Source: Escherichia coli (GTDB lineage Bacteria; Pseudomonadota; Gammaproteobacteria; Enterobacterales; Enterobacteriaceae). From it: a stretch of DNA of 64,000 nucleotides. The position numbers and the translations under genes were made by a program. Numbering within the stretch: position 1 is the stretch's first letter; the number at the start of each line of letters is the position of its first letter. Of this stretch, positions 1 through 9,823 are shown piece by piece. The DNA lies in NCBI RefSeq assembly GCF_003334405.1, contig NZ_QOWM01000003.1; one strand, written 5' to 3'. The notes under the pieces were generated by a model. That model had not been told where the DNA came from, made no database searches, and worked only from the letters and a program-made list of their open reading frames with translations.

Positions 1-123
1 AACTGTTTTTGCGCCATGTCGGTTGTTCGCCCAGCGATTACCGTAGACAATTTAAAAACTGTTTTGCGGAACAAGAAATCCTATCTGAATTTCCTCAACC
101 GGTAAGTCTTGTTGGATAAATCT

Positions 124-155
124 GGCGGCGCAGTTTGTTAAGAAGCTGCGCCGCC
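124..155. terminator. GC-rich hairpin (10-bp stem) immediately downstream of the ydiO stop; possible terminator
   Basis: Inverted repeat ggcggcgcag / ctgcgccgcc read directly; flanking U-tract is weak. Confidence 0.35.
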
Positions 156-161
156 TGCAGA

Positions 162-1313
162 TTATTTGTTCTGATAGTCTTTCAGGATCTGCCGACCTGC
201 TACGTAAATCATAATTTCGTCTGTACCGCCGCCGATACGTTCACAACGGACATCACGCCAGAAGCGGGAGACGCGCGCCTCATCGGTATAGCCCAGACCG
301 CCCATGATTTGAATCGCATCATCAATGACTTCCATTGCGGTACGTGCACAGTACAGTTTTGCCAGCGCCGCGCTGGTGCGCAGTGACTGATGCTGATCGG
401 CTTGCCATGCCACTTTCAGCACCATGTTGCGCATGTTGTCGATCTTAATCGCCATCAGCGCCAGTTTTTCCTGGATCATCTGGTTATGACCAATGGGCTT
501 ACCAAAAGCGATACGTTGGTTGGCATAGCGGGCGGCATCTTCAAAGGCGCATTCGGCAAAGCCGGTGCTGCGCGCGGCGTTGATCAGGCGCTCCATCTCA
601 AAGTTGTACATCACATTGAGGAAACCCATTCCTTCTTCGTCCACCATGTCGCTCTCTTCAACCTCCACGTTGTCGAGATAGACTTCGCAGGTGCTGAGCA
701 TATGCCAGCCGATTTTATGCAGCGGGTTAATCTTAATGCCGGGCTTACTGGAGTCGACCCACCACAGGGTGAAGGCTTTTTTGGGATCTTTCGGTTGCGG
801 ATCGCGCGCCAGCACCAGCATATACGGGTACTCTTTCGCACCGGTAATAAAGGTTTTTTGTCCGTTGATGTAGACCTTGCCGTTTTTACGCGTGTAAGTG
901 GTAGTGGCACTGTTGTTATCTGAGCCAGCACCTGGTTCCGTCAACGCCAGGGCATAGGCGGGATCACCCGTTTCCAGGGTGCTCTCTGCCGTTTTACGTA
1001 GCTGCTCTGCAGAACCGAAACGGCGCATACTGTGAATACATTGACCGTTGGTAATTAAAAATGCCGGAGCACCGCATTTTGACACTTCCATCAGCGCCAG
1101 CATTTGGGTGACGTAATCCGCAGGGATACCACCAAATTCTTCCGGCACGCCAAGCATGGAAATACCGTTATCCGCCAGCGCCCGCATAAACTCACGCGGA
1201 TATGTCCCGTTTTGATCGCAGGTGCGGAAATACTCTTCCGGAAAGTTAGTCGTAATCAGTTCGCGAATACTGGCCAGCAGCAGTTCTTGTTCTTCAGTTA
1301 AAGAAAAATCCAT
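162..1313 (-). CDS. ydiO: acyl-CoA dehydrogenase family protein
   Basis: ORF track 162..1367; start trimmed to the MDFSLTEEQ ATG at 1311-1313 behind a GGAG motif (383 aa); acyl-CoA dehydrogenase-like sequence; K-12 synteny. Confidence 0.85.
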   Translation of the reverse strand: MDFSLTEEQELLLASIRELITTNFPEEYFRTCDQNGTYPREFMRALADNGISMLGVPEEFGGIPADYVTQMLALMEVSKCGAPAFLITNGQCIHSMRRFGSAEQLRKTAESTLETGDPAYALALTEPGAGSDNNSATTTYTRKNGKVYINGQKTFITGAKEYPYMLVLARDPQPKDPKKAFTLWWVDSSKPGIKINPLHKIGWHMLSTCEVYLDNVEVEESDMVDEEGMGFLNVMYNFEMERLINAARSTGFAECAFEDAARYANQRIAFGKPIGHNQMIQEKLALMAIKIDNMRNMVLKVAWQADQHQSLRTSAALAKLYCARTAMEVIDDAIQIMGGLGYTDEARVSRFWRDVRCERIGGGTDEIMIYVAGRQILKDYQNK

Positions 1314-1326
1314 CATTATACTCCTG

Positions 1327-2922
1327 TTAATGAGCCGCTTCAGGCAGGACAAAACCCATCGCCGCATCGATAAATAATCTTTCGTCCATCAGTTTGAGTT
1401 CTGGCGAAATCACTGGGGTGAAATCCATTTTGTCGAGAATATCTTTTTGTAAATCGACGCCAGGGGCGATTTCGATTAAATGCAGGCCGTCTTCTTTCAG
1501 CGTGAATACTGCGCGCTCAGTGATATAACGAACATCCAGCCCTCGCTCGAGAGCGATTTTTCCGCTGAAAGTAATTTCCGGTAGTTCCCGAATAAATTTC
1601 TTCACCCGTCCTTCCTGGACGATATTTAATTTGCCGTCGGTAATTTCTGTTTTTAAACTGCCCGCAGTTAATGTGCCGCAGAAAATGATTTTCTTCGAAG
1701 TGGCACTGATATCAATAAATCCACCGGTGCCCATGATTTTACCATTGAATTTATGCACGCCGACGTTACCGTGCTGGTCGACTTCAGCAAAACTCAAATA
1801 ACAAACATCCAGACCGCCACCGTGATAAAAATCAAACTGGGACGTCATATCCAGAATGGCACGGGTATTCACGTTCGCGCCAAAGGCGATCCCCTGTGAA
1901 GTAATTCCGCCAATCGGACCTGTTTCTACCGTCAGAATAAAGTCATCAGCACAACCTTCTTCTCGGGCGACCAGGCCAATGCCGTCAGCAATACCGACGC
2001 CGACATTCCCCACCGCGCCTTTACGCATTTCGAATAATGCGCGCCGCGCAACTAATTTACGTTGGTTTAGGGGCAGGCTAAGTTTGGTACTGTCATCAAG
2101 GGTGAAGTCACCAGAAATAAAGCGGTTAACCGGTGCACCGCCATACAGTTGGGTTTGATCCGGATCGACCACCACAATATCCACCAGATAACCCGGAATA
2201 CGGACAGATTTAGGATGCAGCGTGGCTTTCTTAACCATTTTCTGCACCTGCATCATCACAATACCGCCGTTATTGTGCACCGCCTGGGCAATAACCAATG
2301 CGTCGAGATACATCACCTCATCTTCAAAAGTGGCGTAGCCTTCACTGTCGCAGGTGGTAGCGCGAATGAAGGCAATATCTGGCGCAATCGCTTTGTAATA
2401 GAGATATTCTTTGTTATCAAACTCGACCAGTTTAATCAGGTCTTCTTTAGTGACTTCATTCAGTTTGCCGCCTTGCTGGCGTGGATCGACAAATGTCCCG
2501 ATGCCAATATCACTAATAATACCAGGCTGGTGGGCTGCGGCGGCGCGTAAGGTTTGTGTAAGTACACCTTGTGGGTAGTTATAAGCAATAATTTTATTTT
2601 GTTCTGCGAGTTCAGAAATACGCGGCGATTGTCCCCAGTGACCACATAATGCCCATTTCACCAGACCTTCTTGCGCCAGAGGACTAATACCACGGTCGGC
2701 GCGATCGCCAAGCCCTGTTGGACTAATAATCGATAAATTACGTGGTGTTTGAGTCTGTTTATATTTATCAGCAAGAGCAGTAATTAACGTGGTGGCTTCC
2801 AGAATACCGCCGCCAGCGCCTAACACACAAAGTGTTGCTTCGTCGGGAATATAATTCACCGCTTCCTGTGCCGACAGGACCGGCACTCGTCCATTAATAC
2901 GAGGTGGTTTTACAGGTTTCAT
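1327..2922 (-). CDS. ydiF: acetate/acetoacetate CoA-transferase (fused alpha/beta subunits)
   Basis: 531-aa ORF with CoA-transferase family sequence; position between ydiO and aroD. Confidence 0.85.
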   Translation of the reverse strand: MKPVKPPRINGRVPVLSAQEAVNYIPDEATLCVLGAGGGILEATTLITALADKYKQTQTPRNLSIISPTGLGDRADRGISPLAQEGLVKWALCGHWGQSPRISELAEQNKIIAYNYPQGVLTQTLRAAAAHQPGIISDIGIGTFVDPRQQGGKLNEVTKEDLIKLVEFDNKEYLYYKAIAPDIAFIRATTCDSEGYATFEDEVMYLDALVIAQAVHNNGGIVMMQVQKMVKKATLHPKSVRIPGYLVDIVVVDPDQTQLYGGAPVNRFISGDFTLDDSTKLSLPLNQRKLVARRALFEMRKGAVGNVGVGIADGIGLVAREEGCADDFILTVETGPIGGITSQGIAFGANVNTRAILDMTSQFDFYHGGGLDVCYLSFAEVDQHGNVGVHKFNGKIMGTGGFIDISATSKKIIFCGTLTAGSLKTEITDGKLNIVQEGRVKKFIRELPEITFSGKIALERGLDVRYITERAVFTLKEDGLHLIEIAPGVDLQKDILDKMDFTPVISPELKLMDERLFIDAAMGFVLPEAAH

Positions 2923-3064
2923 TGTTAATTCCTGATTCAGATGTGATTTTCCCTACGCCAAATGGAGAATTAGCGCACAGAGACTCACGAAATATTTTTA
3001 TTAAATACGATTGAATATATTTTTTAGTTCGGCGGGGAGGGTGTTCCCGCCGAAATATTATTGC

Positions 3065-3823
3065 TTATGCCTGGTGTAAAATAGTTAATACCGTGCGCAA
3101 ATCATTTACCGAGATTTGCCCTGGCGCAGACGCTTTTTTTACCGCACCAAAAGTTGCCGCCGAGCCAAATACTTCACCAGCCAGACGAGAAATTACGCCA
3201 GTTTTTGCCATCGACATCGTGATAATTGGACGATCGGCATACTGCTCCTGCATCTCCAGGGTCGCGGCAAGCAACGTCAGCACATCGCTGGTACTTTGCG
3301 GCATCAGCGCAATCTTAGGAATATCGGCGTCGAAGGATTGCATTTTGCGCAGACGGGCAATGATTTCTTCGGCTTCCGGCGTTTTATGGAAGTCATGGTT
3401 GGACATGACTACTTTCACATCATGCGCGTGGGCGTAGGCGACGGTTTCTTTAACCTGATCATCACCGGTAAATAACTCCAGATCGATCATATCAACCAGG
3501 CCGCTGTCGATGGCTGCACGATTGAGTGCAATATAAGCCTCGGTGGAAATCGCCTGCTCGCCGCCTTCTTTGGCACTGCGGAAGGTAAACAGCAGCGGTT
3601 TTTCTGGCATGGTCTCACGGAGAATTTTTGCTGCCGCCATGACAGACTCCACATTGGAGAGGTCGGCATAGTGGTCCACACGCCATTCCAGAATATCAAA
3701 GTCCGCTTCACGATAGGCGAGAGCTTCGGATTTCACGCTGGCGATATCTTTCGCCATCAGCGAGACGATGATTTTAGGTGCGCCCGTACCAATGACGAGA
3801 TCTTTTACAGTTACGGTTTTCAT
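3065..3823 (-). CDS. aroD: 3-dehydroquinate dehydratase, type I
   Basis: 252-aa ORF recognised as AroD; K-12 synteny. Confidence 0.9.
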   Translation of the reverse strand: MKTVTVKDLVIGTGAPKIIVSLMAKDIASVKSEALAYREADFDILEWRVDHYADLSNVESVMAAAKILRETMPEKPLLFTFRSAKEGGEQAISTEAYIALNRAAIDSGLVDMIDLELFTGDDQVKETVAYAHAHDVKVVMSNHDFHKTPEAEEIIARLRKMQSFDADIPKIALMPQSTSDVLTLLAATLEMQEQYADRPIITMSMAKTGVISRLAGEVFGSAATFGAVKKASAPGQISVNDLRTVLTILHQA

Positions 3824-3853
3824 TTTTTACCCTTTCTGCACGCGGTCAGCCTG

Positions 3854-4720
3854 TCAGGCACCGAACCCCATGACCTGTTTAACATATTCCAGAGGGAAAT
3901 CTTTGCCAGTCCATAATGTGAACTGTTCAGCCCCTTGCCACAACAACATGCCGTATCCATCAATCGTTTTGCAACCAGCTTGTTGCGCCTGCTGCAATAA
4001 CTTCGTCATATGCGGGTTATACACGCATTCAGTGACCAGAAGTCCCGGATGTAACAGACTGATATCATTAACCAATGATTCATTCTCAAGGGGTTTCATA
4101 CCCACTTTTGTGCCATTGGTTAAAATGTCGGCGGAAGCCAGGGCTTCAGCAAAGGCTTGCTGATCGGCGAGATCGGTGACCGTGACGACACAATCGGTGT
4201 TTTCATTAACCCGCTGCGCGAAGGCGAGGGCTTTATCGAAGAACTCATCCCGACGGTTAAAGAGTTTAATTTCTTTTAAACCTTCAATTGCCCCCTGCGC
4301 GCCAATTGCCGTTGAGGCACCACCGGCCCCTAACAGCACCATCGTTTTGCCTTTGATATCAAAACCGCTCTCTTTAATGGCGCGAATATGGCCCGTGCCG
4401 TCGGTGTTATAGCCACGCAGATAGCCATCATCATTAACGATGGTGTTGATGGCCCCCACCAGTTTGGCAGCTGGTGTTAATTCATCAACATATTCACACG
4501 CCAGTTGTTTGTTCGGCATCGATACACCAGTTCCGCGCATTTTGAGGGCTTTTAATCCTTCAATTGCTCCAGGAAAGCTATCGTTATCCACTTCGAAGGC
4601 CATATAGGTAAATGGCAATCCCGCTTTTTCTAAGGCTTTATTCTGCATTTCGGGCGATAAACTGTGGCGGATAGGATAGGCCATCAACCCAATCAATTCG
4701 TATTTTGCGGTAACATCCAT
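3854..4720 (-). CDS. ydiB: quinate/shikimate dehydrogenase (NAD(P)-dependent)
   Basis: 288-aa ORF, shikimate dehydrogenase family with GAGGA nucleotide-binding motif; adjacent to aroD. Confidence 0.9.
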
Positions 4721-4731
4721 AATTAACTCCT

Positions 4732-6003
4732 TTAACCTCTATGCTTAATTGTGTTTAACCGGGTGCAAAATTTACGCTCGCCAAACCGCACATCATTTTC
4801 AGGAATAATGAAAACGCGGTAATAGCGGATAAAAACAATAATTGCGGTAATCAGGGCCAGCAGCGCGAAAGTAAAATCGAGAACAATGATATATTGCAGG
4901 CCGATGTTCGACAGATAACCGGTAATCAGTGGAATAACAAAGTTAGCCAGTCCACCCATCATCATATAAATACTGGTGACTTTGGCTTTGCTTTTGGGAA
5001 AAAACTCTGACATGACCGAAACGCCGAGCTGTAAAATGCCGCCAGCTGCTGAGAAACCGATAACAAAGGCTCCGGCATTGCACACCAGTGGAGAAGGGTA
5101 CAGGTAGATAATGGCTGCTGTTATTGTTGCCAGTGCAGAGTTAAATACATTAGCCCAGATGGGCCGGACCATTTTTTTCAGTAGTGCGGCAAAAATAAAG
5201 ACACAGACCAACGAGCCCATACTGTAATAAGAGATGGTTTTTAATGCCTCAGCTTCTGACATACCAGCAAAAGCCATCGCATATTTGGGCATCCACACCA
5301 CAATCACATAAAAGGTCGAGAATGCGGCTACACCGAACAGTACCGATGAAACACCTTCCAGCCAGACTAACGGTTTGCTGTTCATTTGCGGTAATTCATT
5401 AGTTACGCTGGCGTCCACCAACTGGCTGGGGAATTTGCTTTTCAACAGCATCAGCGTGATCAGTACAAATAGAATACCCGGAATAATCAGCCCATAGCCG
5501 TACCAGATATTATTGAGCAACATATAGCTCACCAGCATTGGGTAGAACATTTGCCCAAATGACACCATCGCTTTAACCAGTATGACCGCCGAACCAGAGG
5601 CTTTCGGAAAGCATTCCATGAGCGCGGGGTAGCCACCCGTATCCAGCGCTGAGTTAGCGATACCTACGCACACTGCCAGACCGTAGGCGAGAGTTAAATT
5701 CGGGCAAGCGGGAATACCAAAGAAGAATAGCAGATACATTATTACTGCCATTAATATCACCGCCCGACGACCAAACTTATCGGAGATCACACCGAAGAAT
5801 AAAATACTGATCAATCGCCCCAAACCGATACCGGAAATTAAGTAGGCAATGCCCGCGTTGTCAGTGGAAAACTTTTCCGCCAGAGATGACATATTTTGGG
5901 CAAGCGTAATAACACTAATGCCGTGCAGGAAGTAGCTGAAGTAAATACAAAGAACAGCCAGGATAAATGGCGTGCTGAAAGCCTTATTTTGAGACATTTT
6001 CAC
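4732..6003 (-). CDS. ydiN: MFS family transporter
   Basis: 423-aa highly hydrophobic ORF with MFS-like GRxxDKFGRR motif; true start may be the MSQNKAF Met two codons in. Confidence 0.8.
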
Positions 6004-6223
6004 AGCTCCTTGCTGAAAGATAATTTCGTTACCGTACGTATTGTTCTCCGACGGTTTACATAATTACTATACTGAAGATGATTTTCCCTGGGTACATGGC
6101 ATAAAGTTTATGTTTCCAGGAATATTGCATGTCATAGTTTGTTTTTGATCGCGATTTTCCTTAGTTAGCGCAGAAAGAGTTATTTATCCGTAAGATCTTG
6201 CATGACCTGAAAAGAATATTGCA

Positions 6224-7438
6224 TTACCCACCCGGAGCGACATTTTCCTTTAGCGAGTGATGCCGCGTTTTTTTGCGGCTGCGTAAGCCGATAAACAGTG
6301 CCAGTAAAAAACCGATGGCAGCGATGGCGGTATCGAACCACATAATATCGGCAATACTTCTTTGGGACAGATGAGCCGTAATCAACGGAATAGTAAAGGT
6401 CGCAATACTGCCCGCACTGTAATAGATCCCTGTAGCTTTACCTTTAGCGTAAGGGAAACGTTCAGCCATTAACGTCAGGCCAATTTGCACAACACCTCCA
6501 GCAGAGGTAAAACCAATGACAAAAGCAAATATTATCACCACATAAAATGTGGGATGCAGGCAGACGGTAAACAGAGCAATAAATGAGATAAAGGTGTACA
6601 GCATCAGTAATGTTGTTGGGCGAACGGTATTACGAATGAGTGGAGCGGTAATAAATACACAAAGCAGCGAACCCACGGTGTAGATACTGAGTAGTTTGAT
6701 CGACATAGTGTATGACATGCCTGCAACAAATTGTCCGTACTGTGCCAGCCACTGGCTAACCAGATAAAACGTTGCCATTGAGATATAGCCATATAAGGTA
6801 TAACTGGCTAAATAGATAATTGAACAGCGATGTTCCGTAGAGCTGGTGGTTTTCTTTATGACAGGTAAGCGACGACCCGGATGGGGTGGGAACGTACAAC
6901 GGTATAAAAACAGAGCGTTAATAAACATAATGCCTGCAGCAATCATAAAGGACCAACCGAACCACAGTTCAGCCCACACTAACAGGCTAATGATTAGCGG
7001 TAATAAAAATTGTCCGCTGGAAACAAATGCTTTAATTAAAATATTGGCTGTCCCAGGTGAGCGTGGAAAAGCTTCCATCAAACTGGGATAAGTGCCTGCA
7101 TCGAGAAAACTGTTTGCCATTCCCGCCAGAAAGCCAAAAACATAAGCGATAATGATGTTATTGGTCTGCAGGATGCCAAAAAAGAAGGCCATATAGCAGC
7201 ACATCCCGAGCATGATAAAAGGGCGGCGACCAAAGCGATCGGATAATAATCCTGCAAAAAGCAAGACACTTAATCGACCAATGCCCAGCGATGAGATAAC
7301 TATCGAGACACCCGCGGCATTAGTCTGCCAAAGTGTCTCCAGCGAGGCCATATTCAGGCTCATCAAAAGGACGCCCATACCATGCACCAGGTAATTAAAA
7401 TACAACCCAAGTGCGGTAGGGAAATAGGGATTTTTCAT
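6224..7438 (-). CDS. ydiM: MFS family transporter
   Basis: 404-aa hydrophobic ORF, paralogous to ydiN, DRFGRR motif. Confidence 0.8.
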   Translation of the reverse strand: MKNPYFPTALGLYFNYLVHGMGVLLMSLNMASLETLWQTNAAGVSIVISSLGIGRLSVLLFAGLLSDRFGRRPFIMLGMCCYMAFFFGILQTNNIIIAYVFGFLAGMANSFLDAGTYPSLMEAFPRSPGTANILIKAFVSSGQFLLPLIISLLVWAELWFGWSFMIAAGIMFINALFLYRCTFPPHPGRRLPVIKKTTSSTEHRCSIIYLASYTLYGYISMATFYLVSQWLAQYGQFVAGMSYTMSIKLLSIYTVGSLLCVFITAPLIRNTVRPTTLLMLYTFISFIALFTVCLHPTFYVVIIFAFVIGFTSAGGVVQIGLTLMAERFPYAKGKATGIYYSAGSIATFTIPLITAHLSQRSIADIMWFDTAIAAIGFLLALFIGLRSRKKTRHHSLKENVAPGG

Positions 7439-7537
7439 AGGTTCTACTTAGCAAAGGTGCTTTAAAAAGTGAAGCGATGTTGTGTCAGCATCCGTTCATT
7501 ATTGTTGTAACAACGACAATTCCTTTCTGTGGAAAAA

Positions 7538-7894
7538 TTAACAAAGCCGCTCCAGATCGTGTGCATATAATTCAGCAGCTACCGATTGATAGATCTTCCA
7601 GTCAATAAAATTGCCATCAGGGTAGACTCGTTGAAATGCGGTTAAGTCGGGGAAAAAACGCATGGTGTTGTTGCCGATGCGGTTATTTATTTTCTCTATG
7701 ATGGCATGAAGATGTTTTTTTCTTTGCTGACGCATAGCCAACAGTTGCTCGACTACACGATCAGGAATGGCACACTTGCCATTTTCCCACTGACGCCAGC
7801 TTTCACTGTCACCGGTCTGGGCAATCCAGGTCGCGCATTCATCAATAGTCATGGCAAAAATATGGCGGAGTGCCTGGAGTTCATAAGCGTTCAT
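7538..7894 (-). CDS. ydiL: uncharacterised protein
   Basis: ORF track 7538..7921; I favour the internal MNAYELQ start (118 aa) from my recollection of the annotated length; function unknown. Confidence 0.6.
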   Translation of the reverse strand: MNAYELQALRHIFAMTIDECATWIAQTGDSESWRQWENGKCAIPDRVVEQLLAMRQQRKKHLHAIIEKINNRIGNNTMRFFPDLTAFQRVYPDGNFIDWKIYQSVAAELYAHDLERLC

Positions 7895-8031
7895 CGTGTA
7901 ATGGCTGCATGAAATAAACAATAAAATATAAATAACATTATCAGCCTGCTGACGGCTTGAAGAGAGTCACAGTATCTTGTGCAACATTATTGGAAAGAGT
8001 GAGGGGCGAGGTAGCGAAGCGGAAAAATGTT

Positions 8032-8137
8032 AAAAAAAAGCCCATCGTGGGAGATGGGCAAAGACTACACACAGCAATTCGTTGTTTCACTCAGGGGATT
8101 TCCATGCTTATAAATCAATATGTTGATTTATAACCGT
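8032..8137 (-). ncRNA. rprA: RprA small regulatory RNA (Hfq-dependent activator of rpoS translation)
   Basis: Minus-strand sequence ACGGTTATAAATCAACATATTGATTTATAAGCATGG...CCCACGATGGGC followed by a T8 run matches my recollection of RprA; lies in the ydiL-ydiK intergenic region. Confidence 0.85.
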
Positions 8138-8322
8138 GAGCTAATAGTAGGCATACGGACTTTTTGCGTCGATCAGATTCGTCTCATTAGTTTAAAAACT
8201 GTAAAGAATTTGCGACAGGTACTACCAGCTGAATGGCGGTAAGCAGGAAAATATGGGGAAGAGCAAGCAAATATCAATTAGCGGTGGTTAACAATCAGGC
8301 GGCAGAGCCGCCTGATGAGAAA

Positions 8323-9435
8323 TTACTTATTCGGTTTCTCGATTTCGCCAAGTTCTTCGAGAATTTCTTCCGGTTGGTCCGTCGGCGGCGGGACTTCTTC
8401 CACCCACGCGGCAAACAGACGCCAGGAAACGGCTAACAGAACCGGACCAATAAACAGACCGATCATCCCGAAAGCAATCAAACCACCAATAACGCCAGAG
8501 AGAATCAGGATCAGCGGTAAATCGGCACCCATGCGAATTAACATTGGGCGGATGACGTTATCCAGCGTGCCAACCACACCGCTCCACACTAACAATACCG
8601 TTCCCCAGGTGGTATCGCCAGTCCAGTAGAGCCAGATAATCGCCGGAATCAGTACCGGCAACGGGCCAAGCTGGACAAGGCAGGAGAGGATCATTAACAC
8701 CGTTAGCAACGTTGCATAAGGTACGCCGGATACGGCGAGGCCGATACCGCCAAGCACTGCCTGTACTAACGCCGTCACCACCACACCCAGCGCCACCGCG
8801 CGGATAGCCTGTGCCGCCAGCAGCACGGCGGCATCTCCGCGAACGCCTGCCAGACGGGTTGCAAAATGGCGAATGCCTTGTGCCACCTGTTCACCGCGCC
8901 AGTACAGCAGGGCACTGAAGAGAAGCATCAGCGCACAATGCACCATAAAGCGCCCGATATGCGCCGCCTGCCCAACGAACCAGGTGGTGGTGGTGCCAAT
9001 ATAAGGGCGGACTTTCGCCATGATCGCCGTCCCCCCCATATCCAGCAAGTTGTGCCAGCCTGCATACAGCTTCGCGCCAATCACCGGAATGGTATTAAGC
9101 CACGCCAGATCGGGTAACGTCATGTCACCGCTGGAAATGGCTTTAATTAGCGGGCCGCTGCCGTCGACGATACTGTTAACCAGCAAAGCAATAGGGATGA
9201 TAAACACCATCACTAATAACAGCGTCATCACCAGAACGGCGAGAGAGCGGCGGCCAAACATGATCTTTTGCAAACGTAACAATACCGGCCAGGTGGCGAT
9301 AACCACCGTACCGGCCCATGCAAAGCCGAGAATAAAGGGTTGAACAATCCACAGACATGCCACAATCATGATGGCTAAAAACAGCACCGAAAGCAGAATT
9401 TGTGCGACATCCCTGGGCTGACGAACATTTACCAT
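8323..9435 (-). CDS. ydiK: AI-2E family (PerM/TqsA-like) inner-membrane transporter
   Basis: 370-aa multi-TM ORF; K-12 synteny. Confidence 0.85.
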   Translation of the reverse strand: MVNVRQPRDVAQILLSVLFLAIMIVACLWIVQPFILGFAWAGTVVIATWPVLLRLQKIMFGRRSLAVLVMTLLLVMVFIIPIALLVNSIVDGSGPLIKAISSGDMTLPDLAWLNTIPVIGAKLYAGWHNLLDMGGTAIMAKVRPYIGTTTTWFVGQAAHIGRFMVHCALMLLFSALLYWRGEQVAQGIRHFATRLAGVRGDAAVLLAAQAIRAVALGVVVTALVQAVLGGIGLAVSGVPYATLLTVLMILSCLVQLGPLPVLIPAIIWLYWTGDTTWGTVLLVWSGVVGTLDNVIRPMLIRMGADLPLILILSGVIGGLIAFGMIGLFIGPVLLAVSWRLFAAWVEEVPPPTDQPEEILEELGEIEKPNK

Positions 9436-9823
9436 AACTACTTTTCACCTTTTTTGTGCGTCAAATCGTCGACGCGACGTGAACACGCGAAACTCACCTG
9501 CATAATGATGAGCAATTTCAGCGGTTTTTAACAGGCCGATTCTGCCCTTAATTCTGATGGGCGTGTTAGAAAAAAATGTGGTACAACAACTCAGGCAACA
9601 CGCAAACGATTTACTCGTCGTATTTCAAGTTGCATGTGCTGCGGCTACGTTCGTTCACCCCAGTCACTTACTATTGTAAGCTCCTGGAGTTCACTCGCTT
9701 GCCGCCTTCCTGCAACACGAAATCCATAGAGTAAACAAACATCACCTTTCAGTGCGCTATTGCAGCAGCCTGAAAGAATAGTGTATCGACCTACATCACA
9801 GACCGCAGGAAAGGGTCAATATA

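Noticed and set aside
135-386. 83-aa plus-strand ORF at the window start overlapping the ydiO 3' end
   Set aside because: Antisense to the ydiO coding region and terminator; Cys/Thr-rich translation with no start context.
3029-3055. Inverted repeat cggcgggg...ccccgccg between ydiF and aroD as a terminator
   Set aside because: No U-tract on the minus strand downstream of aroD, so it does not look like a canonical intrinsic terminator; left unannotated.
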